From a virus: DNA of 51,507 nt. The notes under the pieces are model-generated. The model did not search any database. It was not told where the DNA came from and saw nothing but the letters and a program-made list of their open reading frames with translations. The DNA lies in IMG/VR virus record IMGVR_UViG_3300037424_000314, positions 1-51,507 of that record; one strand, given 5' to 3'. The position numbers and the translations under genes are program-made. Shown here in pieces: positions 48,825 through 51,507 of the stretch (positions are counted from its first letter, which is position 1; every line of letters starts with the position of its first letter).

Positions 48825-50015
48825 CTATATGTCGTAATTCCGCCATGAGTCAGGCCTGTAGATCACTAGTTTATGCTTAGCCCGCGTGACGGCCACATAC
48901 CATACACGATGCTCTTCTTGATCTGAGACCTGCCACATGTGGTCATGGCTCAGTTTCGGCATCGCAGTATTTAAGACCACCGTATTCGCCTCACGCCCTT
49001 TAGCTTGGTGGATCGTCATCATCCCATCAAGCGGCTTCGCCTTTAGAAACTTAAGTGGTCCAAGCATCTCGTTTAACTGGGTGCGCCCACGCGCGAGGAC
49101 CATCGTGTTAGGATCATGGAACATATCCTCAGTTAGACGGAATGCGATCTCAACATTAGGTCCCATCATCATTCTTGGGATGAAGACCTTTTCCTGTCTT
49201 CTGTCTACACGAGAGATTATCTTATCAGCCACCTCCTTTACCTGAGCAGTCAGCCGATGGCTGTTACCCAGGACCTTAAACTCGTTCACCTTTCTATCTA
49301 AGAAAACCTCGGATGATGCACCTGCCCAGTTGAAAATGGCTTGGTCATCATCTCCTGCCATATACACCATCTCGCATTGTTGCGACATCTTATCAACGAC
49401 CTTCCACTGCAACTTTGATAGGTCCTGCGCCTCATCGATGATCATACGCTTTATGGGAAGTGGATGCCCGAAGTTAAGATACAGGAATAGAAGATCAGTA
49501 AAGTCAGACAACCCTTGTACATTTTTCCACTCCCTAAAGGCATTGATGAAGGCATCAGCCGCCGACTGAGGGATCTCTATTGGCAACACTTCACTAAGAT
49601 CTAACATCTTGTGCCGTGCAAGGTGGTAAGCCTGCAGAATCTTATCCCACTGATTTCTTGATCTGGTAAACGTGAACTCATTCTCCATCAATGGATCGAG
49701 GGTGATCCCCGTGTTCAGGTCTACTCCTGCAGACTTACCAAACTCCTTCATCTCCTTCATGCCCATCACATTTACACCACGCAGCTCAGCATAGCACATG
49801 GCGTGGATCGTCTTCAAGCGTGGGAAGTTGTTATGGTGCTTATACCGTGGATCCTGACGTACCCGGTCCTCTACCTCCTTACGGGCCGCGCGTGTGAAGG
49901 TCACGAACGCGATCTTATCAAGGGGTACCTCCTTTAACCACGATGATAGGGTTGTGATCATCGTAGTTGTCTTACCAGTTCCTGGTGGTCCGAATAACTT
50001 ATAGCTCCAAGGCAT
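48825..50015 (-). CDS. Superfamily-1 (UvrD/Rep-like) DNA helicase
   Basis: 396 aa. LFGPPGTGKTT (Walker A), FVTFTRAARKE, IIDEAQDLS (Walker B), MTIHQAKGREANTVVL, WYVAVTRAKHKLVIY. Confidence 0.88.
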   Translation of the reverse strand: MPWSYKLFGPPGTGKTTTMITTLSSWLKEVPLDKIAFVTFTRAARKEVEDRVRQDPRYKHHNNFPRLKTIHAMCYAELRGVNVMGMKEMKEFGKSAGVDLNTGITLDPLMENEFTFTRSRNQWDKILQAYHLARHKMLDLSEVLPIEIPQSAADAFINAFREWKNVQGLSDFTDLLFLYLNFGHPLPIKRMIIDEAQDLSKLQWKVVDKMSQQCEMVYMAGDDDQAIFNWAGASSEVFLDRKVNEFKVLGNSHRLTAQVKEVADKIISRVDRRQEKVFIPRMMMGPNVEIAFRLTEDMFHDPNTMVLARGRTQLNEMLGPLKFLKAKPLDGMMTIHQAKGREANTVVLNTAMPKLSHDHMWQVSDQEEHRVWYVAVTRAKHKLVIYRPDSWRNYDI

Positions 50016-51489
50016 CGGACTCCTCTTCCTTTCTCAAGCCAAAGAATTCATCATACTTGATTGCCCATAACAGGGTCAACTTGCCGTCAATTGAGACCCG
50101 TTTGTAGTTGCAGCCATGGTTCTTAATCAGCATGAAGAGCTTATTATCCGCGATCCTATCTAACTTATGCATTGCCATGTACTTCTTAAGTGAGTTGCCC
50201 CTGAAGACAATGTACTCTCCTTTCTTTACTGGTAGGTCACGAAAGATGTCCATGTCTTGCTTGGCCTTTTCACATAATTCCAAGAACTCTGTAACACAGT
50301 TAAGGATCTGGCCATTGATTGAGGCGTCCTGAGGTGCCCCAATCTCAGTCCGTTTATCAAGCAAGTCCTTTACCTGCTTCTCCCAGTCAAGTTGCTTCAG
50401 CGGCTTGACCACGAGATTCATGATCTCCATCAGGCGCAGACGGAAGACCCTAAAGGTTAGGAATTCCTCACTTGATAACGAGATGTCCTTGCCATTCACC
50501 TCCAACATAAAGTATGGTGGATCCGTATTAAGTTTCCTACAGTGTGTGATCACTGCCGGATGGTAGATACTATCTGATTCCTTACCAGGGAAATTCGATA
50601 TTCCAAACTTAAGCTTCGCGCATGAGTCATAGTCGCAATGACTACAGATCGGCTCCGTGTCACAGGTATATTGGTACGTAGTCTTATTCAAAGACCGGAC
50701 GACGGTATTAAGCTCTTTGTAGGGGAGTGGTGGACTCACATTCCGAAGATTGTGCTCCATCAACTGAGATTCCCAGTCCTTCGGGTTTGACTTCTTAAAG
50801 AAAACTCCGAAGTTAAACAGCCCAGAGTTACGTGACCCCTCTGGTAGACCAAGCTTGGTCAATGCCTTAAGACAGGGCGGGTACTCCTTTAATGCCTCAT
50901 CATCATCGATGGCTCCAGATTCTTGGATTTGAAACGTTGGCAGCTTGTCTACCGCTTCAAAGAACTCGGCTAATGAGAGTGGTCGCTCTGTGCTGATGGC
51001 ATATCGGACAGTCTGATTAACGTTATGGTACGGAAGATTTATCCAGTTGCCTATAACGTCGGGCGTGATCTTAACCTGCTTTGGAAAGATCTCTGACTTT
51101 GTGTACCCGAGCTTAGTCGCCCATGCCTTCATCTGAGACTTTACGACAGCTGCCTGAGTTGGTTCCTTAAAGAATGCAAATAGGTGTGCACCTCCAGATT
51201 TTGTTTTGCAGACAATGAGCGGTAGTTTGTAGTCTGCAATCCGTTTTGCAAGGGTCAGGTGGTTCAGGTCATAGACGTCAACATCGATGGCCGCGAACAG
51301 ACAAGTCCCATCTTCTTGGATTGGGACGATGCCTAGACCAAGCTTACCATCCAAGTGATCTTGATAATGCTGAGGAGTCACGGGGCGTTGGATGGTCTTC
51401 GCCCCGTGCTGATCACTCCAGATTCCGTATGCCGACGCCCGACCGGTGAACAGCTCACTAAATCTCACCAGTTGGTTCGGGGTCGTCAT
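49999..51489 (-). CDS. Archaeo-eukaryotic-primase (AEP/prim-pol) superfamily primase
   Basis: 496 aa. LFAAIDVDVYD (DxD), KSGGAHLFAFF (sGxxH) and a downstream Cys cluster CDTEPICSHCDYDSC. No Walker A, so the helicase is encoded separately. The first 109 nt lie in the terminal repeat. Confidence 0.75.
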   Translation of the reverse strand: MTTPNQLVRFSELFTGRASAYGIWSDQHGAKTIQRPVTPQHYQDHLDGKLGLGIVPIQEDGTCLFAAIDVDVYDLNHLTLAKRIADYKLPLIVCKTKSGGAHLFAFFKEPTQAAVVKSQMKAWATKLGYTKSEIFPKQVKITPDVIGNWINLPYHNVNQTVRYAISTERPLSLAEFFEAVDKLPTFQIQESGAIDDDEALKEYPPCLKALTKLGLPEGSRNSGLFNFGVFFKKSNPKDWESQLMEHNLRNVSPPLPYKELNTVVRSLNKTTYQYTCDTEPICSHCDYDSCAKLKFGISNFPGKESDSIYHPAVITHCRKLNTDPPYFMLEVNGKDISLSSEEFLTFRVFRLRLMEIMNLVVKPLKQLDWEKQVKDLLDKRTEIGAPQDASINGQILNCVTEFLELCEKAKQDMDIFRDLPVKKGEYIVFRGNSLKKYMAMHKLDRIADNKLFMLIKNHGCNYKRVSIDGKLTLLWAIKYDEFFGLRKEEESDALEL

Positions 51490-51507
51490 CAGCGTGTACC
51501 TTGAGTG
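51381..51507. repeat. Right copy of the exact 127-bp terminal direct repeat
   Basis: Identical to 1-127, read directly. Confidence 0.9.

Noticed and set aside
1-51507. Searched by eye for tRNA genes, integrase/excisionase, CI/Cro-type repressors, toxin-antitoxin pairs, CRISPR arrays, and T7-like or N4-like RNA polymerases
   Set aside because: No T-arm/acceptor-type tRNA structure, tyrosine or serine recombinase motif, or RNAP motif was recognised. Small or divergent versions cannot be excluded without tRNAscan-SE and profile searches. The genome is therefore provisionally described as virulent and dependent on host RNAP.

Overview
This window is an entire tailed-phage genome. Bases 1-127 recur exactly at 51381-51507, so the contig closes into a circle of about 51,380 bp, or represents a circularly permuted or terminally redundant linear genome.

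Layout: two transcription arms diverge from a ~1-kb non-coding control region (9658-10693) and meet again at 40930/40932.

Rightward arm (10694-40930, + strand), in order:
- a small winged-helix-like DNA-binding protein
- terminase small and large subunits
- an unusual accessory block between terminase and portal: a signal-peptide FN3-like protein, a beta-helix protein, a fibre-like protein and a 7-bladed beta-propeller
- portal, scaffold, a decoration-like protein and the major capsid protein
- tail-collar and tail-fibre proteins
- a GNAT acetyltransferase
- Gly/Gln/Pro-rich internal proteins and a 1852-aa giant protein with an HExxH motif
Overall this is a podovirus-like, T7-supergroup-like internal-core layout.

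Leftward arm (9570 down to 78, continuing across the circular junction from 51489 down to 40932, - strand), in order:
- about 20 small, often Cys-rich early proteins chained by ATGA/TGATG overlaps
- a DUF932 protein, an SNF2 helicase, an AEP-type primase and an SF1 helicase
- two more copies of the winged-helix-like module
- a nucleotide-modification cluster: a SAM methyltransferase, a dNMP-kinase::UDG-fold fusion and a thymidylate-synthase-fold enzyme with the dCMP-specifying Asp
- family-A DNA polymerase, a PD-(D/E)xK nuclease and a MazG-like NTPase
- an amidase endolysin, a DUF2829/Tad2-like protein and a GroES-like protein

I recognised no tRNA, rRNA, CRISPR array, integrase, lysogeny module or phage RNA polymerase. 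Several sigma70-like promoters suggest the phage uses the host RNA polymerase.

Most interesting candidates:
1. A predicted cytosine hypermodification module with an undescribed kinase::UDG-fold fusion and an orphan methyltransferase.
2. A three-copy, linker-histone-like winged-helix module family.
3. An iteron-rich 1-kb control region.
4. A Tad2-like anti-Thoeris candidate.
5. The accessory surface-protein block between terminase and portal.
6. A GNAT and an HExxH giant protein in the ejection-protein module.

All family assignments come from motif reading by eye. No database search was run.
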